From contig CAVVLO010000001.1 of the NCBI GenBank assembly GCA_963749155.1, positions 128,001 to 192,000 of the forward strand: DNA of 64,000 nt. The letters are read 5' to 3'. This DNA is from an uncultured Armatimonadia bacterium (GTDB lineage Bacteria > Armatimonadota > Zipacnadia > CAVVLO01). The position numbers and the translations under genes were made by a program. The number at the start of each line of letters is the position of its first letter. Position 1 is the first letter of the stretch. Below, piece after piece: positions 28,474-38,202 of the stretch. The notes under the pieces are model-generated. The model did not search any database. It saw nothing but the letters and a program-made list of their open reading frames with translations, and was not told where the DNA came from.

Positions 28474-28749
28474 CTAGCCTGTGCGGAAGCCCTGGAACTC
28501 GCCGGTGGCCGGCCCCAGAGAGTGGTTTACTTTATCAACTCGCGCGAGCCTGGGCCCATGCCGTATATACTCAAGCAGCGCCCGCAAATCGTCCTCTGGC
28601 CCTTCCGCGACTACCTCGACGTTGTCATCCCAAAGATTTCGAACATAACCTGTCAGGCCAAGTTCGTGAGCCTTCCATTGGACCGAAGCCCGGAAGCCCA
28701 CCCCTTGCACTCGACCAGTCACAGTGGCCTCTAGCCTGAGGAGGGGCAA
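28474..28749 (-). CDS. acyP: Acylphosphatase
   Basis: VTGRVQGVGFR, LTGYVRN, VEVVAEG, GP..ARV. Confidence 0.92.
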   Translation of the reverse strand: MPLLRLEATVTGRVQGVGFRASVQWKAHELGLTGYVRNLWDDNVEVVAEGPEDDLRALLEYIRHGPRLARVDKVNHSLGPATGEFQGFRTG

Positions 28750-28753
28750 AGGG

Positions 28754-29074
28754 TCACTGCTCCTTGGGGGCCTCTTCCGGCGGCTTAAGACGCCTGCTGG
28801 CGACATCAGCACCCAGGTAAGCGATTCTCCCGGCGACGAAAGCGCCTACGAGTGCTGCAAGCAGCCGCAGGCCAGCGGTATATAGCTCCGCTAACGGCAG
28901 CAGGTCGACCAGCCCTTTGGGAGCCTCTTTGGCCGCCCCGACAGAGGCAGCCCAGGAGCCCAGCGCAGCCGGCGCCGAGTTGAATACATCCCAGCACCAA
29001 TAAAAACAAAGCAGCAGCAGGCCAAGCCCGACGAGGAAACTTGCCATCCCAAGCTTGCGCAGTAAATCCGTCAC
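28754..29074 (-). CDS. Small membrane protein (2 TM)
   Basis: Two hydrophobic segments and a GGAG RBS. Confidence 0.55.
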   Translation of the reverse strand: MTDLLRKLGMASFLVGLGLLLLCFYWCWDVFNSAPAALGSWAASVGAAKEAPKGLVDLLPLAELYTAGLRLLAALVGAFVAGRIAYLGADVASRRLKPPEEAPKEQ

Positions 29075-29182
29075 GACTCCCGCTCCACAACCTGGAAGAT
29101 ATAGGCCACTGGCATCCAGCGCCTTGGACTTGGGTCCTTATTCGGCACCGATGGCGAGATCCCTGCCTCAGATTCAGAAGGC

Positions 29183-30442
29183 TCAAGAGGGCGAGTCAGA
29201 GCAAAAGACTGGAGCCTCCTTGATGTTTGTGAGTTGTAGCAGCACCTCCTCGAAACTTGCCGCCGCGTGACGCCTGGTATAGCCGCGCGCGATGAAATCC
29301 GGGCCCTTCTGGCGCATCTCGAATCGGCGCGCAGGGTCATCGGCCAGTTCGCCAGTCGCTTGAGCAAGCTCCTCGGGGCGCTCTGGAGGCGCCGCTACGC
29401 CTGCTTCAGCTTCCCTCAGCAGGTCGGCTGTCTCCCCTTCGGCGGAGGCTACGATTGGTAAGCCCCAAGCCAGATAATCGAAAAGTTTGGAGGGCAAAAC
29501 ATCGCGGAAAACCGGCGCATCTTGCAATGCAATAAGTGCGATATCTGCACTCGCAAAGGCTCCGGGCATCGCAGAACGCGGCGCCTGCGGTTCGAAAATC
29601 ACACGCTCCAGGCCCAGCTCTACCGCCCTGGCCTTGAGTTCTGGCAGTCGGCTGCCCGAACCCATTAAGACAAAAACGATGTCCTCTCTTGATTCAAGCA
29701 GGACTGCCGCTTCGAGCAAGGTCTCCAGTCGTTGGGCGACGCCAAAATTGCCTGCGTATAAAGCAAGGATTTTTCCATCCAGGTTATGCTTTGCTCGCAG
29801 CCAGGGGAAAGCTTCTTTCGCCTCGGCAGGGGGAAGATCGGCGCCGTTGGGCACTACTGACAGCTTGTCTGGGGCCAGTCCGCGCTCTATCAAGCGCCTG
29901 CGCTGGCCCCAGGTAGTGGTTACCAGGTGATCGGAATGGGTGTAGAGAAAACTCGCCAGACCAGCCAGGGCGCGCATCTGCCATCCTGGTCGCAGCACCT
30001 GCGTAGCTAGCGCGGATTCCGGATAGAGGTCGCCTACATAGAGGACAAATTTTGTACGCGCAAGCCGCGCCAGCAACCACCCAAGCAGCCCTGAGAACAG
30101 GGTGGGCGAGTTGGCGACGACCGCCTTGGAGCCCCGGACAAAACTCAGGGCGAACAGGCCGGACAGCAAAAAGCAGAGCTGCAAGAGCAATCTGCGAAAA
30201 GTGCCGCGAGTTGCGACCGGCGGCACCCAGGCTCGCCAGATACGCGCTCCCTCAAAGGCTTCGGTATGGAAGGCCCTGCCCGTGTATCCGGCCGGCGGTT
30301 TTCCCTCTGGGTAATTCGGCACTGGCGCGACGATGCGCACCTCATGCCCGAGCAGGACGAGTTGACGCGCAAGATCGCCCATCCGCTGAGGGCCGCCTGC
30401 TGGCTCGGGCGGAAAATACTGGCTGACCAGAGTGACTTTCAC
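29183..30442 (-). CDS. Glycosyltransferase family 4 (WbuB-like)
   Basis: SQYFPPE, PNYP, DLYPES, VPNGAD, YAGNFGVAQ, PSKLFDYLA.G.P. Confidence 0.92.
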   Translation of the reverse strand: MKVTLVSQYFPPEPAGGPQRMGDLARQLVLLGHEVRIVAPVPNYPEGKPPAGYTGRAFHTEAFEGARIWRAWVPPVATRGTFRRLLLQLCFLLSGLFALSFVRGSKAVVANSPTLFSGLLGWLLARLARTKFVLYVGDLYPESALATQVLRPGWQMRALAGLASFLYTHSDHLVTTTWGQRRRLIERGLAPDKLSVVPNGADLPPAEAKEAFPWLRAKHNLDGKILALYAGNFGVAQRLETLLEAAVLLESREDIVFVLMGSGSRLPELKARAVELGLERVIFEPQAPRSAMPGAFASADIALIALQDAPVFRDVLPSKLFDYLAWGLPIVASAEGETADLLREAEAGVAAPPERPEELAQATGELADDPARRFEMRQKGPDFIARGYTRRHAAASFEEVLLQLTNIKEAPVFCSDSPS

Positions 30443-31803
30443 CGAAAGACCTCCAGATTACTGACTGGCTCGGGTGCGCCCAGCCTGGCGACTTCCAGTC
30501 CCACGGCAGCCGCGGAAAGTGGCGAAAGCAGGTCCTGGGTATCGAGCAACCAGGGACGAGTCATCTGGCTGGCGAGGAGTGCAAGATCCAGCGCGCGAAA
30601 TTCGCTGTGGCCAACCAGAAGCACTGCTGCCTGGGCGCCATCAGCAGCCTCGGCAAGCGATGTTTGGGGTAACGCCGAGTGAGTCACGACAGGATCATAG
30701 GCGCCTACCTCACAGCCTCGCTCCATCAGCAAGGCCGCAAGCTCAAGCGAGGGCGATTCGCGACAGTCGTCAACATCTGGCTTGTAGGCCAGGCCAAGCA
30801 GGCAGACTTTCGGACGCGAGATGCCTGCGAGCTGGGCAAGCAACAATTCGGCGATTCGGTGAGGGACCGAATCGTTTACCTCGCGCGCCGCTCGGATTAG
30901 CTGGGCTTTTTCGGGAAGTGACGCGACCAGGAACCAGGGATCAATGGGCAGGCAGTGTCCGCCCACGCCAGAGCCTGGCATATGGATATTTACGCGCGGG
31001 TGATGGTTGGCCAGATCGCGGGCTTCCCAGACGTCCACGCCAAGCTGGGGAAGGAGCCAGGCCAGTTCGTTGGCGAAAGCGATGTTCACATCGCGATAGG
31101 AGTTCTCAATCAATTTGACCGCTTCGGCCGTGCGGACACTGGCAGGCAGCAGTTCGCCATCACAGATGCAAGAATAGAGCGCCGCGGCGCGCGCGCTTGC
31201 GCGAGGGGTCGTGCCGCCGATTACCCGGTCGTTTTGGCGTATCTCCTCAATCAGATTTCCTGGCAACACACGCTCGGGGCAGTAACAAAGATCAAAATCC
31301 ACTCCTGGCACAAGGCCGGTTTCGCGCTGAAGGAGGGCACCGACGACCTCTTCGGTCGCGCCGACAGGGACGGTAGATTCAAGGATTACCAGACACCCTG
31401 GCCTCGCCACCTTCGACACCGCAAGGGTGGCACTCCGGACCGCCGACAGGTCGGGCGAGGGATGCCCATCGGAGGCGCAGGTAGAGGGAGTGGGCACGCA
31501 AATCATATAGGTTTCGGCCTGGGGCAAGGCCAGGCAGCCTCGCAAGTTATTCAGTCTTACGGCTTCTTTGACAAGCTCGACAAGAGGTTCTTCAACCCCT
31601 GGCAACTCGCCCGTGTTGATGCCGTGGATACGGTCTTCGTTGAGGTCACAGGCCGCAACCGGGATTCCAACTGAGGCCAGCATGGCGGCCATCGGCAGTC
31701 CAATAGTGCCACTGCCAACAACTACAACCTCAGGGGAGAAGGATTTCAACAATCCCTTGCCATCGTGCCCGGTTTCAAGAGCAGAAGTACTCAGGTAGGC
31801 CAT
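30439..31803 (-). CDS. wecC: Nucleotide-sugar dehydrogenase (UDP-ManNAc dehydrogenase WecC-like)
   Basis: GSGTIGLP, CVPTP, LESTVPVG, CPERVLPG, KLIENSYRDVNIAFANE, GVGGHC..DP, GLAYKPDVDD.RESP. Confidence 0.88.
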   Translation of the reverse strand: MAYLSTSALETGHDGKGLLKSFSPEVVVVGSGTIGLPMAAMLASVGIPVAACDLNEDRIHGINTGELPGVEEPLVELVKEAVRLNNLRGCLALPQAETYMICVPTPSTCASDGHPSPDLSAVRSATLAVSKVARPGCLVILESTVPVGATEEVVGALLQRETGLVPGVDFDLCYCPERVLPGNLIEEIRQNDRVIGGTTPRASARAAALYSCICDGELLPASVRTAEAVKLIENSYRDVNIAFANELAWLLPQLGVDVWEARDLANHHPRVNIHMPGSGVGGHCLPIDPWFLVASLPEKAQLIRAAREVNDSVPHRIAELLLAQLAGISRPKVCLLGLAYKPDVDDCRESPSLELAALLMERGCEVGAYDPVVTHSALPQTSLAEAADGAQAAVLLVGHSEFRALDLALLASQMTRPWLLDTQDLLSPLSAAAVGLEVARLGAPEPVSNLEVFR

Positions 31804-33073
31804 TGTCCATCACCAGTGTAAAAGGATTCTGAGGCCTGGGCCGCCGCTTGCCCAGGCGGGCGGGAGCAGCGTTATACAGAGCCTCCAGTAGCAAACAGGC
31901 CGCTTTCTGGGCCTGGGTGTCGCGATTGAGCAAGGTTGCCATCTCGCTGCCTTGGGCAACCAGGCGCTGACGCAGAGCAGCGCTTTCAAGCAGGCGCTGA
32001 ATCGCATTAGCAAGCGCGGTCGCGCTGCCTGGGGCAACCAGTAAGGCGTTCCCCCCAGCGCGAGCGACGGTCTCGACGCCGCCAATCCGGCTGGCGATGA
32101 CAGGCAGGGCCTGACTCCAGGCCTCGAGGATTACTCTGGGCACGCCTTCGGGATATGTATGCGATGGCATAATCAGGATATCGGCACTTTGGTAGGTCTC
32201 CCACAGGGCCTGACCGTGACGAATATGGCCCAAAAAAGTTACCTGGCAGGCAAGGCCAAGCCGGTTTGCCTCGGCTTTAAGCTCCTCCTGGTGAGGTCCG
32301 ACCCCCGCCAGGGCTAACTGGACATCCAGGCCAGAGGCCAGCAGGTGCTGCAGAGCCTCGAAAAGTATGGGCAGACCTTTTTCTCTGCGCAGTTGCCCCA
32401 CATAAAGCAGGCGCGCGGGGGTGTGAAGAGGTCTGGCCTCGGGAGCCAGAAGGTCTTTTTCGCCAAAAGTGGGGATGAACAGAAGCTCTCCCTGACGCGC
32501 CCTGGCGCCATAACGACGAAGGAGAACCTCTCCCCGCGCGAATACCAGGCTGTCACGGGCAAGGAGTTGTCCCAGCTTGTCCATCAGCCTGGCGACCCAG
32601 AAAGCTGAAACACGCCGCGCGAAGCCGCCTTTAAGCAACCGCCAGGAGCGTGAGACATCACTTGCAAAATCTACGGCGATTGGTTTTCCAAGCAACCTGG
32701 CGGCCAGCCAGAAGAAGAAGGTATGCCCTCCCGGAAAGCGGAGCCAGACCAGATCGACTTTTCGGACTTCTCGCAAGGCAATCCAGCAGAGAGTGAGCCA
32801 CCTTAGGGGCAGCTTGCTGATGAGCGACCGGGTATCAAGATCAGCAGGCAGCGGCACAAAACGCGCAGTTGGCGTCTCAAGCGGAGTTGCCGCCTCGACC
32901 TGCGCTTCGCTGGCTTGCTCGGCGGGCGTGGCATATATCAGGCGATCGCCAGGCCTTAGCACAGAGGGCATAAACAGGGCGGCAGGCTTGGTAGTGTAAG
33001 CGCGACCTGACCGGATCAAGGATCTCTCACTGGACACATATAGCAGCTTCAACAGAGGCGCCCTCCTTGGCAT
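31775..33073 (-). CDS. Glycosyltransferase family 4
   Basis: LYVGQL..EKG, EGVPRVILEAW..LPVIASRIGG (EX7E motif). Confidence 0.88.
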   Translation of the reverse strand: MPRRAPLLKLLYVSSERSLIRSGRAYTTKPAALFMPSVLRPGDRLIYATPAEQASEAQVEAATPLETPTARFVPLPADLDTRSLISKLPLRWLTLCWIALREVRKVDLVWLRFPGGHTFFFWLAARLLGKPIAVDFASDVSRSWRLLKGGFARRVSAFWVARLMDKLGQLLARDSLVFARGEVLLRRYGARARQGELLFIPTFGEKDLLAPEARPLHTPARLLYVGQLRREKGLPILFEALQHLLASGLDVQLALAGVGPHQEELKAEANRLGLACQVTFLGHIRHGQALWETYQSADILIMPSHTYPEGVPRVILEAWSQALPVIASRIGGVETVARAGGNALLVAPGSATALANAIQRLLESAALRQRLVAQGSEMATLLNRDTQAQKAACLLLEALYNAAPARLGKRRPRPQNPFTLVMDNGLPEYFCS

Positions 33074-34454
33074 AGTGCTCCGAGGCTGGATATGCACAAA
33101 GCGTGCCAGCAGAGGCTGGGGCCGGCTCCGGGCTGGTTTTTTCTTTGGCTTTGCTGGTTTCAGGCAGCAGCGAACAGGCTGATATCAGGGCCAGCATTGT
33201 CCAGAAGGCAGGGGTGTCGTAAGCGTAGATAAAACAATGGCGCACGACGAGAGCGCAGCCTACCGCGCCAAAGCCCTCGGCGACCCAGGGAATTTGCAAT
33301 CTGGGCGCCTTCAGAATCAGTTTGATGCTCCGAACCAGCACCAACGCCATCAGGCTACAGAAAGCCGCCAGTCCGAAAATCCCCTGTTCGGCGGCAATCT
33401 GGGCATAGTCATCGTGAGAGGAACGATACCCGAGGCCAGTTGGATCTATCAGTTCTATCTGACCGACCCCCAGGCCAGTCAGAGGCGCCTCGGCAAAGGC
33501 GGCAAAGGCTGCTTCGGTCAGGGTTGCTCGCTGGTAAATCGAAGTCGAGACTCCTGTTTCGGTGAGGGTAACCAGAGTAGTCGCGCGTTCTGAAAGCCGC
33601 CCGAGCTGCGAGGGGAAGAGCAAAAGCAAGGGCATCACGACAAGGCCAATCAGCGCAAGGGCCTGGGCTAACTGACGTCTGTGGGAGGAGAAACCCAGCA
33701 TACACAGCAGCGAGAAACCGACCGCCACCCAGGCGCCGCGAGAAAGCGTATAGAGGGTAGCAAAGGCGATTATCCCAAGCAGTGCCCCTGCCTGCCACTT
33801 GCGCGGGTAATGCAGGAAGAAAGCCAGCGCAAGAGGCAGCGCGAGCGTGACAAAATATCCTGCGCGATTTTTCCCCAGGGTGGTGGCCTCGGTCAGGTAG
33901 ATGCCCAGCGCGTTGTAGTGAAAATGAAGCAGGTACCAGGCTGACAGCACTCCCAGCACGAGGGCTGCACCGACCAGAAAGACTTTGGCAAAGCGCTCCA
34001 GCAAAGCTGGAGAGGTAAGCGAGCTGCTCATCACGACGAACAGAGCGACTGCCGAGATGAGTTTCCCAAGATGACTTGGCCCATAAACGGGATGTCCCCA
34101 GCAAGTGGCCAGAGTCGTGGTTGCGACAAGCAGGAGCGCGGGCAGTAGCAAAGGACGCCAACTCAAGAAAGGCTTCCTTGCCGAGAGCAGGCGCCAGATA
34201 ACCAGCCCGGCTGCCAGAGAGCCCATCACCACGGGCGGATTGATACCCAGAGGGCCGGCCTCGAGGCTCAGTTCGCCAATAACCCAAAGGGGCAGTCCAA
34301 TTGCCAGCAGCAGCCAGGGTTCGCGCAGGCGAAGCAGCAGAAGAGCTAGCCCAAGGCCCATAACTGACAGCAAGGCGAGTTCAGGCTTGCCAAGGCAAAG
34401 CAGACTGGCTGGGACCGCGGCGAGTATCAGGGCAAGGGAGCCAGCGACAAGCAT
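33027..34454 (-). CDS. O-antigen ligase/Wzy polymerase family membrane protein
   Basis: Many TM segments, TLSRGAW, PLTGLG, SHDDY.Q.AAEQG. ATG 34454 overlaps the flippase stop. Confidence 0.85.
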   Translation of the reverse strand: MLVAGSLALILAAVPASLLCLGKPELALLSVMGLGLALLLLRLREPWLLLAIGLPLWVIGELSLEAGPLGINPPVVMGSLAAGLVIWRLLSARKPFLSWRPLLLPALLLVATTTLATCWGHPVYGPSHLGKLISAVALFVVMSSSLTSPALLERFAKVFLVGAALVLGVLSAWYLLHFHYNALGIYLTEATTLGKNRAGYFVTLALPLALAFFLHYPRKWQAGALLGIIAFATLYTLSRGAWVAVGFSLLCMLGFSSHRRQLAQALALIGLVVMPLLLLFPSQLGRLSERATTLVTLTETGVSTSIYQRATLTEAAFAAFAEAPLTGLGVGQIELIDPTGLGYRSSHDDYAQIAAEQGIFGLAAFCSLMALVLVRSIKLILKAPRLQIPWVAEGFGAVGCALVVRHCFIYAYDTPAFWTMLALISACSLLPETSKAKEKTSPEPAPASAGTLCAYPASEHYAKEGASVEAAICVQ

Positions 34455-35744
34455 CAGGCTTCGCCCCCCGCCGCGCTGAGCTGGGGCGCTTCGATCCTGG
34501 TTAATTCTGGCCGGGAGCGTAGCACCAGGAAGCAACCCAGGCACCACAGAGCATTGGCAGCGTTGCCGGCGGTCAGCCCCAGAGCTGCCGCTTTCATTCC
34601 AAGCGAAGGAGTAAAGACTGCGCAGACGCCCCAGTTTACAAGAAGCCCGAGCGCGCTTGCGATAACGAACAAGCCAGGCCTGCGCCGGGCCATCAGATAG
34701 TTGCCAAGCAGCTTCCAGACCGAGGCCAGCACCACTCCAGGCAGCAACCAGCCAAGCAACGGCACAGCTGGGGCAAAATCCGACCCGAAGAGTGCTGGTA
34801 AAGCCCAGGGGGCAAGAAGCCAGGCTACCGCAACGCCAAGGGTGGTAGCACCTGTAGTCAGTAGCGTGCTGCGCGCGGCCAGCCGGTCAGCCGAAGTCGT
34901 ACTGGTTGCACTGGCAAGGCGCGGCAGCAGGGCAAAGACAACCGAGTCGGGCACGAATCGAAGCGACTGGGCAACTGCGAGCGCGACCGTGTAGATGCCA
35001 ACGGCTTCCAGTGAGATATGCGCGCCGACGAACCACATCCCCAGGCGGTAAGAAAGGCCTTGAGCTATCAACCCAGCCTGGAGCGGAGGCCCAAGCCGAA
35101 GCAGCAGCAGCAAGTCTTTCCAACTGAAACGACCAAGTCTGAAGTCGCCACTCTGAACAAGCCGCCAGAGAGTCCATACGGCGGCTAACCAGGCGCTTGC
35201 CGCGAGCGCCAAAAGGGCATTGGCAGTCGAAGCGCGCCCGAGAAGTGCCGCCAGGCCAAACAGGGAGACAGGGCCTGCGCGAAAGAGCAGCAGGCTCCAG
35301 TTGCACTCGCCGATGCGTTCCTCGGCCCGCAGGACGGCGGAAAGCTGCGAGGCTACCAGCCAGCCACACAGCGCAGCCCAGGCAGGCAGTACCAGCGAAA
35401 GCTGTCTCGAGCCCAATAAGGCTTCAGTCAGTCCAGCCGGATTCGCCAGCAGGGCAATCAGGGAAAAAATCGCAACGAGCAGCGTCTCGAGTAGCAGTAG
35501 TGTCGTGGCGCGGCTGGGAGATATTTTTCGGGCTGATATGGCATATACAACCGCCGAGTCAAAGCCCAGGCCAAGCACCGTCACACCGAGCAGAGTTAGC
35601 GCCTGGGCATATTCATACAGGCCCTTGCCAGGCAGGTCCAAGCTGGCGCGCCACGAGCAGGCTGAGGCCTAGCGACAGCCCAAGCCCTGCCACATTGGTG
35701 ACCAGCCGACTGGAGGCCTGGCGAGTAAGACTGTGAAGCTTCAT
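34454..35744 (-). CDS. wzx: Wzx-type oligosaccharide flippase (frameshift ~35630)
   Basis: MKLHSLTRQ..ARQLGP|GKGLY, VGIYTVA, LLPRL, LFGSDFAPA, multi-TM. Confidence 0.85.
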
Positions 35745-36499
35745 CGGCGGGCCTTCTTCTGGTACAGAGCGACCAGCCAGGTTGGCTTATGGGCTTCGAG
35801 CCGGACCAGCGAATCCACTCCCTCCAGCAGCAAAGCGCGAAATCTGTCGGCGCGGTTTGCTCTGACCTCGGCGCCGCACAGGGGACAAGGCGAATCGGGG
35901 CTTGCTCCAGAGGTGGTTGTTCTGGTGCGATTGAAAAGACGCTGCCAGGGGCTTCGTGGGGAGATCCGGCTTGTCTCGATCAGGGTAAAGTCAGGATGCA
36001 GCCTCTCCAGGTCGGGCAGGTCGAAACGGCGCAGGTGCCAGTCCTTGTTATAACGGCACCCACAGGCTGAACAGGTTATCTGGCGCGCGTCGAGTAGCTC
36101 TCGACAGGGTACCGATATCAGTAAAAAACGCTGGGTAACGCGCGCAAATTCGTCCAGGGCTGCCCGATATACGGGCTCTGGCAAATGTTCGAGCACCTCG
36201 CTTGCAATTACGGCCTCCACCGAAGACGAAGCAAGTGGAAGGCTGGCCACCGAGCCTGCCAGACGATCTCCTGGAGCTGATTTTGCAGCCCTGGGCACGA
36301 TGTCAAGCGATATAAGACGCAAGCCCTTGCGCTCCAGTAGCAACCTGCCCAACCGGCCCTCTCCACACCCCGCGTCAAGCGCGCTTGTGACTTCTGCGGG
36401 CAGCAACGCGCAAAGCGCCTCCAGCCGCAGTTTTTCTCTCGGCGAGAGCTCCGAATAATCCCAGGTTGTGTCCTTGTAAAGCGTCCAAGACCTGTCCAC
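35741..36499 (-). CDS. Class I SAM-dependent methyltransferase with two CxxC motifs
   Basis: LDAGCGEG, SEVLEH, CSAC and CPLC. Confidence 0.85.
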   Translation of the reverse strand: MDRSWTLYKDTTWDYSELSPREKLRLEALCALLPAEVTSALDAGCGEGRLGRLLLERKGLRLISLDIVPRAAKSAPGDRLAGSVASLPLASSSVEAVIASEVLEHLPEPVYRAALDEFARVTQRFLLISVPCRELLDARQITCSACGCRYNKDWHLRRFDLPDLERLHPDFTLIETSRISPRSPWQRLFNRTRTTTSGASPDSPCPLCGAEVRANRADRFRALLLEGVDSLVRLEAHKPTWLVALYQKKARR

Positions 36500-36502
36500 G
36501 GA

Positions 36503-38188
36503 TTAGTCCTCCAACAGCACCAGAGCCCTGGCAGGCTGGCCGGCTGCAGCCAGCAGGGCAAGAGTGGCTTCCAGAGCGGGCAGTTGGGTGTAATTTGCGC
36601 GAGCAACAACGACTACTGCGCCAGCTTCGGCGAGTTGCTCGGGCAAGGCAGGCGAGGTCAGGCATACCGGGCAGAAAGCAAGGCCAGGAGAAGCTTTGCC
36701 CTTCTCTCCGCCCAGCAGGCCTTCAAGCTCCGGGGGCAGCATATCGGGCGAGCAGAGCAAAGTGCTGGTGACGCCTTTATGATTCCAGCCAGCCAGCAGA
36801 GCTTTTAGGGGAGCAAGGCCTTGAGCCAGACTGGTCTTCAGGGCGGGAAGTTCGGGAAAAGCGCGCGCCAGATCTTCAGGACATCTGATAACGCGATCCA
36901 GTTGGTCAACCAGCAGCGTAAGGCTTAAGGCCAGTATGGCTCCAAGAAACACTCCAAGCGCGACCAGCAGCAAGGGGCGAGGGAAAACGGGCCTTTCCAA
37001 AGCCTGGGCGCGCTGGACGACCCAGGCGCTGGAGGTCGTTTTGGTCGAGGCGGTCTTGGCTTCTTCATAAGCAGAGACGACCTCCTGCAGCACCTGCTCG
37101 CTGAACTGCACTTCGCGCGCGAGGCGACTATATTGGGTCTGCAGCGCCGGAAGCTGCCCTGCCTTGCCAGAGGTTGCCGAAAGTTCGCTCTTTAGCGCGC
37201 CAATCGCTCGCGAGGCCGCCGAGGTGCTGGCTTGCAGTGTGTAATAGGACTGGAGCAACTGCTGATGCACAGGTGAAAGTGACGAGTCATGCCAGGCGGT
37301 CTGCTCTCTGGCGGTTCGATCCAGCTGCTCAAGTAGAGAGTCTCGCTTGAGTTGAAACTCGCGCACCGTCGGGTGCTGATCGGTGTACTGGGCTTTGGCT
37401 GTTGCGAGTTGTACTTCGATATCATTGAGCTGACGCTTGAGTTCGCCCCAAAGGGGACTTGCCTCGAGACGCTGGGTAGCGGTAACCAGTGCTGGCGCTT
37501 GCCCAAGCTGGCGCTTGACCGCTCCGAGCCTGGCGCTGTCGCGAGCCTGCTCGACGCGCAGTAACTGCAATTGGCGTTCCATATCAGAGGTAGCTGAAGC
37601 GACCAGCCCGGCCTGGCCGGTAGGATCCTGCAGCCGGTGTTTGGCCCGGAAGGCCTCAAGCACTTTCTCGGCTTGCCTCAGAGAGTCCTCGGCATCGGCG
37701 ATGCGCTGCTCCCAATACTCCTTGTCAAGCAGGGCGCTCTCTCGCCATTGGCGTTTGACCTGGGCATCGTAAGCGTCCAGGAGAGCGTCACAGAGAACGG
37801 CGGCTTCCTCTGGGCTGTCACCTTGTGCCACAATACGTAAGTAAGACGAAGTAAGCGCGCTTTCGACCCGAAGCCTGGCAGCGAGGAGTTTCAGAGAGCC
37901 CTCCCAGCCTGTTTTTCCGGCGGCTGTCTTAAGCACTGCTTCTGACATCAGCAGGTCTTTTTGCGAGCCTACGGCGGAATCCAGACCGACCTGGCCACTT
38001 GCGAACACCTGGCTCGAACCACCCCTGCCCCCGGTGACCAGCACTCCTCCGACCGCCTCGTAGACTTTCGGGCCAAACAGCGCATAGGCCGAACTGACCA
38101 CTACTGCCAGGCAGAAGATGGCCACTGCAAGCCTGGGATACTTGCGCAATGGCAGCACCAAGGAATCCGTTCCTTCGTTAGGACGCAT
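36503..38188 (-). CDS. Polysaccharide co-polymerase (Wzc/GumC family) with a reduced kinase-like tail
   Basis: Two TMs flanking a long coiled coil, YTDQHP.V, PVFPRP..G motif, short C-terminal domain. Confidence 0.85.
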   Translation of the reverse strand: MRPNEGTDSLVLPLRKYPRLAVAIFCLAVVVSSAYALFGPKVYEAVGGVLVTGGRGGSSQVFASGQVGLDSAVGSQKDLLMSEAVLKTAAGKTGWEGSLKLLAARLRVESALTSSYLRIVAQGDSPEEAAVLCDALLDAYDAQVKRQWRESALLDKEYWEQRIADAEDSLRQAEKVLEAFRAKHRLQDPTGQAGLVASATSDMERQLQLLRVEQARDSARLGAVKRQLGQAPALVTATQRLEASPLWGELKRQLNDIEVQLATAKAQYTDQHPTVREFQLKRDSLLEQLDRTAREQTAWHDSSLSPVHQQLLQSYYTLQASTSAASRAIGALKSELSATSGKAGQLPALQTQYSRLAREVQFSEQVLQEVVSAYEEAKTASTKTTSSAWVVQRAQALERPVFPRPLLLVALGVFLGAILALSLTLLVDQLDRVIRCPEDLARAFPELPALKTSLAQGLAPLKALLAGWNHKGVTSTLLCSPDMLPPELEGLLGGEKGKASPGLAFCPVCLTSPALPEQLAEAGAVVVVARANYTQLPALEATLALLAAAGQPARALVLLED

Positions 38189-38202
38189 TACTTGCCCCTC
38201 TC

